Positions 55,379 to 63,726 of a stretch of DNA of 64,000 nucleotides are shown here, in pieces. The notes beneath the pieces were generated by a model. That model ran no database searches. It had not been told where the DNA came from and worked only from the letters and a program-made list of their open reading frames with translations. The first letter of the stretch is position 1; every line of letters starts with the position of its first letter. Where the stretch lies: positions 1,921,366 through 1,985,365 of the forward strand of contig OZ245020.1 in the NCBI GenBank assembly GCA_965223865.1. Direction: 5' to 3'. The stretch comes from Nitrosarchaeum sp. (GTDB lineage Archaea > Thermoproteota > Nitrososphaeria > Nitrososphaerales > Nitrosopumilaceae). Both the position numbers and the translations under genes were made by a program.

Positions 55379-56388
55379 TTTCTTCTCCTGTAAATGACAA
55401 ATGCAAAAGCCATTCCTCCAAAAATTACCAGTGGCATAACCACATACAAAATTACCAGTGGTTCTGAATCAGCTGCAGGATTGATGAACCCCGTTACTGT
55501 TTTGGGCTTGCATAGATCAGGTAAAATTGTAGTTGCACTGTCTGCACTACACATTGTATCCAAACTATTCCTGTGCACATCTAGTTCCCCAGTTGTTTTA
55601 TCAATTAACTGCTGGTCATATACAAAAAAACAATTCTCAAAGTGTGGACTGTTTAGTATACTGATTATTGCTTTGTGTTTTGGACTTTCAATTACAACAA
55701 GTCCTGTTTGTGGGTTTGTTGATAGTGTTGTATCAGTGGTGATGGTGTAATCGGAGTCGTTGTCCCTTAATTTGTTAAAGACATAGACATTGTCTGCAAA
55801 TAGTTTTTCTGAATTTTTCAAGTCTGTCTCAAAGTCGCATGAGTAACTGTGTTCTGCTTTTTCATTCATGAGGTTATTTAGAAAATCATTTCCACGATTA
55901 ATCTGGCTGTAAAGGTTCATTTTGGATTCCAGTTGTTTCATCTCAAAGCCTGAAACCAGATCATAGAGGTGAAATACATTGTGACCTGTTGTCTTGCCTT
56001 CCACATAGTCATCTAGAAAATTAACAATCTCTTTTGTTGCAATATAGTCGCCTACACACAGGTCCCTGTAGTAGTGATCTTCTTTCTTGTCTGCAAACAA
56101 TACGTACTCTTCGCCTTCACGGTAATAGTCATCCCAGGACAAGTCAGCCTTTACTGTAAATTTGTCCTGATGTTCACCCTTGTAGACATTGATTGTCTCA
56201 AAGACCAAGGTGGTTGCCTTTGTGACCAGCGGAGTGCTGTTTTTTTCAATTAGTTTTCCATGTAATAGCAAATCATGTCGTTTGTATGCCTCTTCAAATG
56301 GCGGAATTCCGCAAGACAAGGCAAAGGCTTGGTTTGGCACAACCAAAACAATACTGGCAATTACGATAAAAATCACAAAATATTTCAT
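55375..56388 (-). CDS. Membrane-anchored secreted protein with TIMP/NTR-like N-terminal domain
   Basis: Signal peptide then ALSC..P...LLHGKL...YKG...GEEYVLFA...C; C-terminal TM plus RRRK. Confidence 0.65.
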   Translation of the reverse strand: MKYFVIFIVIASIVLVVPNQAFALSCGIPPFEEAYKRHDLLLHGKLIEKNSTPLVTKATTLVFETINVYKGEHQDKFTVKADLSWDDYYREGEEYVLFADKKEDHYYRDLCVGDYIATKEIVNFLDDYVEGKTTGHNVFHLYDLVSGFEMKQLESKMNLYSQINRGNDFLNNLMNEKAEHSYSCDFETDLKNSEKLFADNVYVFNKLRDNDSDYTITTDTTLSTNPQTGLVVIESPKHKAIISILNSPHFENCFFVYDQQLIDKTTGELDVHRNSLDTMCSADSATTILPDLCKPKTVTGFINPAADSEPLVILYVVMPLVIFGGMAFAFVIYRRRK

Positions 56389-56730
56389 TTATTGGATTTT
56401 CTTGGATGTGTTCATAAGTTCTTCTGATGATGCATACAAAAGAAATAGACGATTGTGAGGCACTATGGTCGGGAAAGAAACCTCCAACCTGCCTACTTTC
56501 TGTTTTCTATTCTGTGGATTTTGCATAAAAGCAACGCGTAGAAATTATCAGTAGTTTACCAAGTTTGTATCTAGTGTGTATTTGTCATTTTTCCTTTCTT
56601 GTCTTTGCTGCTAACTATATCCCCAGCACAACCTGTCTGGAGTATAGATAGGAGCGAAGATTTTGCACTCACGTTGAAAATTGAATTGGAGAGTAAACAT
56701 GTAGATAGGCAGGATATTAGGTTTTGAAAA

Positions 56731-57339
56731 TTACATAAGTTTTGCTTCAGCAAAGTATACTCCAAAAGGTTGACAATAAATCACAACTGTATCATAGACA
56801 TCCAAATCAATGTTTTCTAAAGAATAATTTTGTGAACCACGACTTCCCTTTAATTTTTCAAGATGGATACCATCATGGACATCACCATTTGGAGTTACAT
56901 AGACTCGAAGATCTGGTCCATTTGTAACCTCAAAATCTTCAAATCTAAGAAAAGAGTCCTTCCCAACTTTGATTATTTTGGCTAATCCATTTGCTTGGTG
57001 TCCTGCAAGGCCAATAAATTCTCCTGTTTTTAAAATTTCAGTACTTTGCATTTTATCTCCTTCTGTCATTTGATCCATTTCTTCAGAGATTGTCCTTGTG
57101 ATTGTAGCCGATTCATCCATTATCATGTCTTTTACTTTTTGAGGCATCTTGTCAATTAGATTTTGACGCATAGGATCATCCATATTAGAAAATTTTTCCA
57201 AAGTCAAACCTTGTTCAATATTATTCAATACTACAGGCAATGGTTCATCAACTTCGGTGTCATAAAACAAAGGGCTAGCTAAAACCCCTCCAACTATTAT
57301 AATGGCTCCAATGATTCCAAATAAAACAAATCTATTCAT
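56731..57339 (-). CDS. DM13 domain protein
   Basis: GH...G, LRFEDF.VTNGPDL.VY, LKG..G.QNY, V.IYC..F. Confidence 0.88.
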   Translation of the reverse strand: MNRFVLFGIIGAIIIVGGVLASPLFYDTEVDEPLPVVLNNIEQGLTLEKFSNMDDPMRQNLIDKMPQKVKDMIMDESATITRTISEEMDQMTEGDKMQSTEILKTGEFIGLAGHQANGLAKIIKVGKDSFLRFEDFEVTNGPDLRVYVTPNGDVHDGIHLEKLKGSRGSQNYSLENIDLDVYDTVVIYCQPFGVYFAEAKLM

Positions 57340-57454
57340 GAAAATATTATCTTAATTTAATTATTATTTATTTTACCAAATCCTTTCCTAATTAGAATAT
57401 CAAATCTAAAGAAATTTTATTGCAATAACAAGCATCTAAAAAGAGAGAGAAATT

Positions 57455-57658
57455 TTGAAAAGAAAGACCAGCCTTCTTTTAATAACGAGTATGATGATTG
57501 CAAGTTTCTTACCTTTATCTTTTGGTACATCTCAGCTTTTAGCTGAGAATCCTGAGGAGCCAAACTTGTTTGGTTATTTTGTTACAGTAATGTCTATTTT
57601 CATAGTAGGAGCCTTTGTCATACTAAAAGGAAAAAAATGGAGAAAGAAAAATGAATAG
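57455..57658 (+). CDS. Small membrane protein
   Basis: Signal/TM plus TM; overlaps next start. Confidence 0.55.
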   Translation: MKRKTSLLLITSMMIASFLPLSFGTSQLLAENPEEPNLFGYFVTVMSIFIVGAFVILKGKKWRKKNE

Positions 57659-58034
57659 TTTCAAGTTACAACGGATTGCAATTAAAAAAATAGAATTACT
57701 AATATCAAAAAAGATTGGAGCCAAACAACGCCTTGAACAAATACAGATGAAGCTTGCCCGCGGATTACCCTTGTTTTCAGAGAACCAAGCATATATTGAC
57801 GCGTTGATTTTAGATAATCTAACAGACAAAGAAATAGACTCGATGAAAAAAGAAGTAGAACCAGCAATACTTGAAAAATCAAAAACAGATGATCAAAAAC
57901 TATTTCATTGCATCTGCTGTGGCAATGTAAAAAAGTCATTAGATGGCGGAGGAATGTGCAGCAATTGTTATCTTGATTATAATATCAAAATTTCAAGATT
58001 CATCACAAAACCCACAGGTAGAAGATTTTTTTAA
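57651..58034 (+). CDS. Hypothetical protein with C-terminal Zn finger
   Basis: CICCG...CSNC. Confidence 0.65.
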   Translation: MNSFKLQRIAIKKIELLISKKIGAKQRLEQIQMKLARGLPLFSENQAYIDALILDNLTDKEIDSMKKEVEPAILEKSKTDDQKLFHCICCGNVKKSLDGGGMCSNCYLDYNIKISRFITKPTGRRFF

Positions 58035-58070
58035 ACAATGAAACTTTCAGAGAAATCAGGATGAGAGTAA

Positions 58071-58286
58071 ATGAATAGAGAACCATTTGGGAAAAAATGC
58101 AGCTGCGGCCATTATGAGAGTGAGCATAATTTACAAAAACACAAATTTTCAGAACCAAGAGCGATACCTGAATTGGGAATACTATTCACTCATCCACCAG
58201 GAATGGTAAAGGGACCTGTACGCATTAGTTGTAAAATTTGTGACTGCAAAAAATTTGGTTCAACAAAGAATGTATGGGGATTCTAA
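58071..58286 (+). CDS. Small CxCGH...H...CxxCxC Zn-binding protein
   Basis: KCSCGHYESEH...SCKICDCKKF. Confidence 0.65.
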   Translation: MNREPFGKKCSCGHYESEHNLQKHKFSEPRAIPELGILFTHPPGMVKGPVRISCKICDCKKFGSTKNVWGF

Positions 58287-58432
58287 TGAAAACACCTGGG
58301 AATTGTAATCATTTTTCAACAAACTCTACAATGTGCAGATTCTGCGGCTATTTACAATGCGAGTATTGCTGGAAGGCACATGAAAAACAACACATAGCAA
58401 ATGGGGACAAGGAGATGAATTTTGACATTTAA
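58286..58432 (+). CDS. 48-aa Cys/His-rich (B-box-like) microprotein
   Basis: TAATG coupling to previous ORF; MKTPGNCNH...CRFC...CEYCWKAH...H. Confidence 0.6.
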   Translation: MKTPGNCNHFSTNSTMCRFCGYLQCEYCWKAHEKQHIANGDKEMNFDI

Positions 58433-58534
58433 AATTCCTTTTCCATCTGCCAGGTAAAAGGTCAAAAAAGTTACAATACTCTGATAATATTTTTGGATAT
58501 TCAAAATTAAGTCCATTTTTTTAAACAGTAGACA

Positions 58535-59422
58535 ATGCGTAGAATAGTTTTCTCAGCTCTATTGTTATTTGGGCTTGTGGGTTTGTTTTCCACGCCTGTA
58601 TGGGCAGAGCAAACCATGCTATTTTCTGTTAACAGTATATCTGAATTTGATGTAAAAGAAAATCCAGTTGTTTATGGTACAGCAACAGATTCTGAAGGCA
58701 ATCCATTACCAGGTGTAGATATTCAGGCAAATTTTCCATCAAGAATGATAATGACAACAACTGACTCTGCAGGTGAATTTTCAATTACATATCCAATTAC
58801 TGAAGAACTAGGCAAACATACAGTTACAATCTATGCTACAAAGGACAAAATGTATCTAAGTACACAGATAACATATGAAGTAATAGACAAACAAAAAATA
58901 GCAGAATCTAAAATTTCAGATATAGATTCTCAAAGTATTCTGAAAACTAGCAAATATGACAACAGCAAGTATGATCTCCATTCAAGAACAATTCTAGACA
59001 AGATAGAAAAACAAAAGAAAGAGACCCAAAAGAAAGAGACTCTTTCTGAAGAACAACAACTAATTGATAAACAACGACTGCAATCTCATGAAGACTTGGA
59101 AGAAGATCTAAAATCATTTGAAAAACAAAACGAATTTTACAAACCAAGAAATGCTTTCTTGAGATTTTTGTCTGACATTGATCACTCTGTAAAGAACATA
59201 TTCTGGAACCAGTTCTTGTTTACTGAGAAAAAGACAGAGGATGCACACATTGCAAAGGAGAATGCACTTGAGGAAGGCAAATCTACACTAGAGGCAACCA
59301 AAATCTTCCAAAAAGAAGCTGCAGTCAGCCAAATTGAAATCATGGAGTACAACAAGGAATTGAGTGTAAAGTATGGAAATGCAACAGCCAATATTCAAAA
59401 TCAGTTAGATGATAATCGTTAA
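58535..59422 (+). CDS. Secreted protein with carboxypeptidase-regulatory-like beta domain and helical C-terminus
   Basis: Signal peptide; G...DSEGNPL.GV...TTDSAGEF. Confidence 0.75.
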   Translation: MRRIVFSALLLFGLVGLFSTPVWAEQTMLFSVNSISEFDVKENPVVYGTATDSEGNPLPGVDIQANFPSRMIMTTTDSAGEFSITYPITEELGKHTVTIYATKDKMYLSTQITYEVIDKQKIAESKISDIDSQSILKTSKYDNSKYDLHSRTILDKIEKQKKETQKKETLSEEQQLIDKQRLQSHEDLEEDLKSFEKQNEFYKPRNAFLRFLSDIDHSVKNIFWNQFLFTEKKTEDAHIAKENALEEGKSTLEATKIFQKEAAVSQIEIMEYNKELSVKYGNATANIQNQLDDNR

Positions 59423-59543
59423 CCATTATAATCTAAAAACTAAAACAGATACACCAGTCAAAAATTCAACCCAATTGAAAAAAATTTGATTTAGAGTAAA
59501 TGATTAGAACAGTTTATCAGCTCCTCATATTTTTTGTTTTAAT

Positions 59544-59780
59544 ATGAAATATTTTTTGGTTTTAGTGGTTTTTGGAATGATTGGTATGGTACATGCACAA
59601 GAGCAAAATGAGAATATACGAATTGAAGACCCTACATTTACAAGACAGAATCTTCAAACGGGAGAGACATTATCAAACCCCCACATTGTAATAATAATTG
59701 AGAGTCTTGGTGCAGTACTCATTGTATTTTTTATCATTTTTTATGCCATAAAGAAAAAGTCAAAGAAAATTTCAAAATAA
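59544..59780 (+). CDS. Small membrane-anchored protein
   Basis: Signal peptide plus C-terminal TM and Lys tail. Confidence 0.6.
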   Translation: MKYFLVLVVFGMIGMVHAQEQNENIRIEDPTFTRQNLQTGETLSNPHIVIIIESLGAVLIVFFIIFYAIKKKSKKISK

Positions 59781-59809
59781 TTGAATATACACAAGTAGAG
59801 GACTAGAAA

Positions 59810-60658
59810 CTATGGACTAAGTTTGATTATTGAAATTTCAGGTGGGTTTAGTAGTCTTGGACCTGGTGCAAGACCGCAAGTGATGTATACGTGGGTACCA
59901 TCTTCTAAAATATAGTGTCCTTTGTCATATTCTCCTGAGTATAATAATTCATTTGAAATAGAGCCAAAACCTGGCAGTCTTATCTGTCCGCAGTGAGTAT
60001 GTCCAAATAGATATAGATCAGCCATGTCTTTTGTGATATCAAGTTCGCTCTGATTGTGTGAAAGTAAAATTCTATACCCTACACTTTGCTTATCAAAATG
60101 TGCTTTTGATTCATCTCGATTTTGTGTCAACCAATCATCTAGTCCAATTACTGTAACCTTGTCATCAATTATCACTTTCTCATTTTGCAGTATTTTGATT
60201 GGTGTTAGGATATCTGGGTTATTATCAAAATCAGAAGTTTCCAAGAATTTGATTATTTGTTGTGATAAAATTTCACCCTCAACATCTCTTGTCTGATCAA
60301 AAAGAGAATAGTCGTGATTTCCCATCACACCATATACTCCAAATTTTGATTTTAGCTGTTTTAGGGGCTGAATCGATGGCAGCTCCTCTACACTATCTTC
60401 AATATAATCACCTCCAAGCAATATCAAGTCAGGATTTTTTGAATTGACAATATCAACTACGTTTTGAATAAAGGTAGGATTTGCATCATTTCTCTGAAAA
60501 TCAGAAAGAAACGCAATAGTCATGTTTACCCCTGTATCTGAAATCTCTATGCTGTCTTGTTTTATTATTGCAGGTTCTACAAGAAAGGAATTCACTGACA
60601 AACCTGCAAGAAAAAATCCAAGAATTACAAGTAACATTTTCTTTTTTGTAAAGTTCAA
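59810..60658 (-). CDS. Calcineurin-like metallophosphoesterase (YkuE-like)
   Basis: LSD, GGD, GNHD, SHN, GHTH.GQ motifs. Confidence 0.88.
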   Translation of the reverse strand: MNFTKKKMLLVILGFFLAGLSVNSFLVEPAIIKQDSIEISDTGVNMTIAFLSDFQRNDANPTFIQNVVDIVNSKNPDLILLGGDYIEDSVEELPSIQPLKQLKSKFGVYGVMGNHDYSLFDQTRDVEGEILSQQIIKFLETSDFDNNPDILTPIKILQNEKVIIDDKVTVIGLDDWLTQNRDESKAHFDKQSVGYRILLSHNQSELDITKDMADLYLFGHTHCGQIRLPGFGSISNELLYSGEYDKGHYILEDGTHVYITCGLAPGPRLLNPPEISIIKLSP

Positions 60659-60972
60659 TTATCCAAAAGCAAAAAACTCCGACAAATAAAGACAGCGAAA
60701 TTTAGAGAATGTTATTCTGTTTCTATTTTTCATCTATTGACTTTATTAATCAAAGCAGTTCTCACTTTGAAGGTATTTCAAAAGATCGTCATTTTTACTA
60801 TTCATTGATAACCATGCTTCTCCCTTGGAATATGCATGAAAAGCAAGACAAAGGGCCAATTACAATGAAAATTGTAAAATATTTCATTGATATATTGTAC
60901 CATTAATACAATATTCACAATTCCTTCTTACAATTTGTAAATAAAAGATTCTAGATTTTAAAAAACAGAGGT

Positions 60973-61056
60973 CTAGTCCTCGTAGAAAATCCAGGAAAGT
61001 CCTCTTACTTCTTCCCATGTCTGGTTTGATTCGTTTTGGTTACAATGATTTGCCAT
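60973..61056 (-). CDS. Putative 27-aa leaderless peptide MANHCNQNESNQTWEEVRGLSWIFYED
   Basis: ATG 22 nt downstream of TTTTAAGTA box; followed by short hairpin and T-run. Confidence 0.4.
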   Translation of the reverse strand: MANHCNQNESNQTWEEVRGLSWIFYED

Positions 61057-61077
61057 TGTATTGTTTTTTCAAAAATT

Positions 61078-61099
61078 TACTTAAAAGCAAAACGAATGA
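61078..61099 (-). promoter_or_regulatory. BRE/TATA promoter copy A (cgttttgcTTTTAAGTA)
   Basis: Near-identical to copy B at 61266-61287. Confidence 0.6.
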
Positions 61100-61160
61100 T
61101 TTGTTCATACAAATCATCAGTGATTTGTATTGATGACAGAATTATTAAAAAAATAATTTG

Positions 61161-61245
61161 AAAGGATGGGCCAAAGTGGCCTGCCCATCCATGGAAAGTT
61201 ATGGTCGGTTAAACGGTTAGATGACTCCTACTCGCGTTGAATTCC
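61161..61245 (-). ncRNA. Candidate about 85-nt small RNA ending in GC-rich hairpin (GGAUGGGC...GCCCAUCC) plus U-run
   Basis: GC-rich island in AT-rich intergenic DNA, promoter 21 nt upstream, no start codon at the predicted 5' end. Confidence 0.5.
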
Positions 61246-61265
61246 AAATTAATTATTACAAAGTC

Positions 61266-61287
61266 TACTTAAAAGGCAAACGTATGA
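61266..61287 (-). promoter_or_regulatory. BRE/TATA promoter copy B (cgtttgccTTTTAAGTA)
   Basis: Duplicate of 61078-61099. Confidence 0.6.
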
Positions 61288-61338
61288 ATCATCAGTATGA
61301 TCTAAATACTATTCGTGCAATATTGTAAATAATCTTCA

Positions 61339-61388
61339 TTGGATCTGTCACCAAGATACTGCCGGTGGTTTTTGGTCTTAAGATCCAA
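61339..61388 (+). ncRNA. Solo copy of CUGUC-[hairpin]-CUUAAG structured motif
   Basis: TTGGATCT-GTC-ACCAAGA...TTTTGGT-CTTA-AGATCCAA: perfect 8-bp lower stem and the same internal loop as the triplet at 63.7-63.9 kb. Confidence 0.6.
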
Positions 61389-61719
61389 CATTTAATTTTA
61401 ATTTCAAAAGATTGACTCGATTGATAAAGAGAACCAAATTAGATAATTTTTGACAAAACAATAACGAATTTTCAATAAAATCAAATATGTAACATTCCAA
61501 AGTCTTGGATTTTGTTGATAGAATCAAGCGCACCGTGTACTCATTGCATGATAGAGCATGCTTCTGGAGTAAGTTGTTCATGTCCATGTCATGATTATGG
61601 AGAATAGAGCAAATGATCGGATTGTGTAGCAGATGTTTTTCCTCTGGAGTGTCACTGATTCTATCTGAAGAAACCTTTGAGGCATTGTGTGACAAGTGTA
61701 GAAACTCTAAAGATTGATT

Positions 61720-63003
61720 CTAACTTAGCATTGATTCTATAACAGATTCAAAGACTGGATAAGGCTGAGGTCCCTGAATGGATTTGGTTTGACCTCCAGG
61801 TCCCACAATGATAAATGATGGAGTGGCTTTGACTCCATTATTGATACCTTCTTCTAGATTAAAGACAACTGCCTCACCATATTTTCCTGAATCAATACAA
61901 CTTGCAAATGCATCTTGGTCTAATCCTAAAACTTCAGCATAGTTTTGAAGACTAGATGTATTTGCCCATCCACTGTCAATTCCTCTCTGGTTGGAGTAAA
62001 GATATGAGTGATATTCCCAATAAACTCCTTGTTCTTCGGCGCAGTAAGTAGCAGCAGCGGCTGGAAGAGAATTATCGCCTAAAAATGCAAGATCGACAAA
62101 ATAGAGATTAGCCTTTCCTGTATCTATGTAATTTGTTACAATGTCTGGTTTTGTATTGAGAAACCACTCTTTACATTTTGGACATTGATAATCCCCAAAC
62201 TCTATTATTGTAATTTGTGCATCTTCAGAACCAAGTATTGGAGATGCTTGCGACAAGTTAACACCACCCAAGTTAAGTTGTACTTCAGTGGTTTGAGTAG
62301 ATACTGAAATTATTCCGTTTTGCACCAAAAACTCTATTCCTTTTAGAAAATCATCATCAGAAATTAGTCCCTGACTCCACCAGTCAGCATTATTCTTAAT
62401 CCATCCTGGAATTTCATTACTTTTTGATTCTAAGGATGCATCAGAGGAAACTGAGATTATTTTCTCTTTAATTAGAAATTGAATTCCAGAAACAAAGGTA
62501 CTATCATCAATATCACCATTTGCCCACCAACCTGCATTATTTTTAATCCATGTTGGAACTTTCCCTGTAGAATCATCTTTAATTTCTGAAGGTTGTTGGC
62601 CAATTATCACATCAAATGAAACTGTCTCTTGGGGAATTGGCATAAACAATATTCCTTCAATCTCTAGTGTTATTTTGTTAGTTCCACCCTCAAGTGTTAC
62701 TGGAATGGTAACAGAACCAGGACTGGTATGTGTCAGTGGAATAGGTCCAAATATTGAATTTCCATTATTTTCTATTTTTATGGTATAATCAATGTGTTCT
62801 TGAGTTTTGTTAGTTTGAGGATTGATAAATTCAATTTTGAGCTTTGTCTCTTCTCCTGGTTGTGGATCATCTAAATCTAATTTAACATCAAGAGTTCCAT
62901 CACTTGAGGTATTTGTCTGAGTTTCAGCAAATGTGTCGGGAATTATATTGATAGAAATTACTGTAAATAAAATAATTGCAAAGATTGGAATTAGGGTTTT
63001 CAT
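61720..63003 (-). CDS. Secreted DsbA/thioredoxin-fold protein with two PxWIKNNAxWW domains
   Basis: EFGDYQCPKC active site, GVKATPSF cis-Pro loop, signal peptide. Confidence 0.88.
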   Translation of the reverse strand: MKTLIPIFAIILFTVISINIIPDTFAETQTNTSSDGTLDVKLDLDDPQPGEETKLKIEFINPQTNKTQEHIDYTIKIENNGNSIFGPIPLTHTSPGSVTIPVTLEGGTNKITLEIEGILFMPIPQETVSFDVIIGQQPSEIKDDSTGKVPTWIKNNAGWWANGDIDDSTFVSGIQFLIKEKIISVSSDASLESKSNEIPGWIKNNADWWSQGLISDDDFLKGIEFLVQNGIISVSTQTTEVQLNLGGVNLSQASPILGSEDAQITIIEFGDYQCPKCKEWFLNTKPDIVTNYIDTGKANLYFVDLAFLGDNSLPAAAATYCAEEQGVYWEYHSYLYSNQRGIDSGWANTSSLQNYAEVLGLDQDAFASCIDSGKYGEAVVFNLEEGINNGVKATPSFIIVGPGGQTKSIQGPQPYPVFESVIESMLS

Positions 63004-63083
63004 ATTATACAACAAAATACAACTAGTTTAAACACTTTTTTCTAATTTTGAAGTATTGAGATATTTTTTTCTTTAATTGCTAT

Positions 63084-63686
63084 TCAGAAATTATTCTCAA
63101 AAACTAGTTCAGATAAGGGTAATTGTCCCCCTCTAGGAGAGGCTTGTTTTGTTGCTTTTCCGACCACAACCATCATTGCAATCACATGATCGCCAGGTAG
63201 TTTGATCAATTTACCTACTTTCTCATAATCAAAGCCCTTCATGGGGCATGTATCATATCCCATAGATTTTGCTGCAAGCATTATTGTTTGGGCAGCCATG
63301 CCACAAGACCTCATTGCCTCATCTCTTTGCTGTTGGGGTTTTTCACGGTAAGAATTTTTCAGAGAATCAACTAGAGCATTTCGAGGTTCTTTGGGAATAT
63401 TTTTCCAATATCGTTGAGGGTCTTTATTCCATGAATTCAGATCAGCACATAGTATTATCACTAATGATGCCTCTGATACTTGTTTTTGACCATGAGATAG
63501 TTCAGATAGTTTGTCTTTTAATTCCTGATTTGTAACAATTACAAAACGCCAATTTTGAATGTTGTATGAGGTAGGAGACAGAATGGCAGATTCCAAAATT
63601 TGTGTAATTTCATTTTTTGTAATTTTGTGATTAATATCAAAGCTTTTGATCGATCGTCTTTTCTTTATTGCATCAAAGGTATTCAT
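63084..63686 (-). CDS. Nitroreductase family protein
   Basis: RRSIK, SPTSYNIQNW, GYDTCPM.GFD. Confidence 0.92.
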   Translation of the reverse strand: MNTFDAIKKRRSIKSFDINHKITKNEITQILESAILSPTSYNIQNWRFVIVTNQELKDKLSELSHGQKQVSEASLVIILCADLNSWNKDPQRYWKNIPKEPRNALVDSLKNSYREKPQQQRDEAMRSCGMAAQTIMLAAKSMGYDTCPMKGFDYEKVGKLIKLPGDHVIAMMVVVGKATKQASPRGGQLPLSELVFENNF

Positions 63687-63726
63687 GACTTGGTTTTAAT
63701 AATCTCTAAATTTAATTCAATAAAAG

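Noticed and set aside
56389-56730. 45-aa - strand ORF (56389-56526) and CCTGTCT/AGATAGG hairpin near 56632-56652 as an IS end or further motif copy
   Set aside because: No recognisable protein features, the hairpin lacks the CTTAAG half, and there is no transposase; probably remnant DNA
60709-60906. 65-aa + strand ORF in the 1-kb intergenic region
   Set aside because: Atypical composition, overlaps the palindrome cluster and has no recognisable motif
61185-61231. Fluoride (crcB) riboswitch suggested by GATGACTCCTAC on the + strand
   Set aside because: The required 5' GGnGAUGGAGU..CC element that pairs with ACUCC is absent, and no co-oriented downstream gene follows
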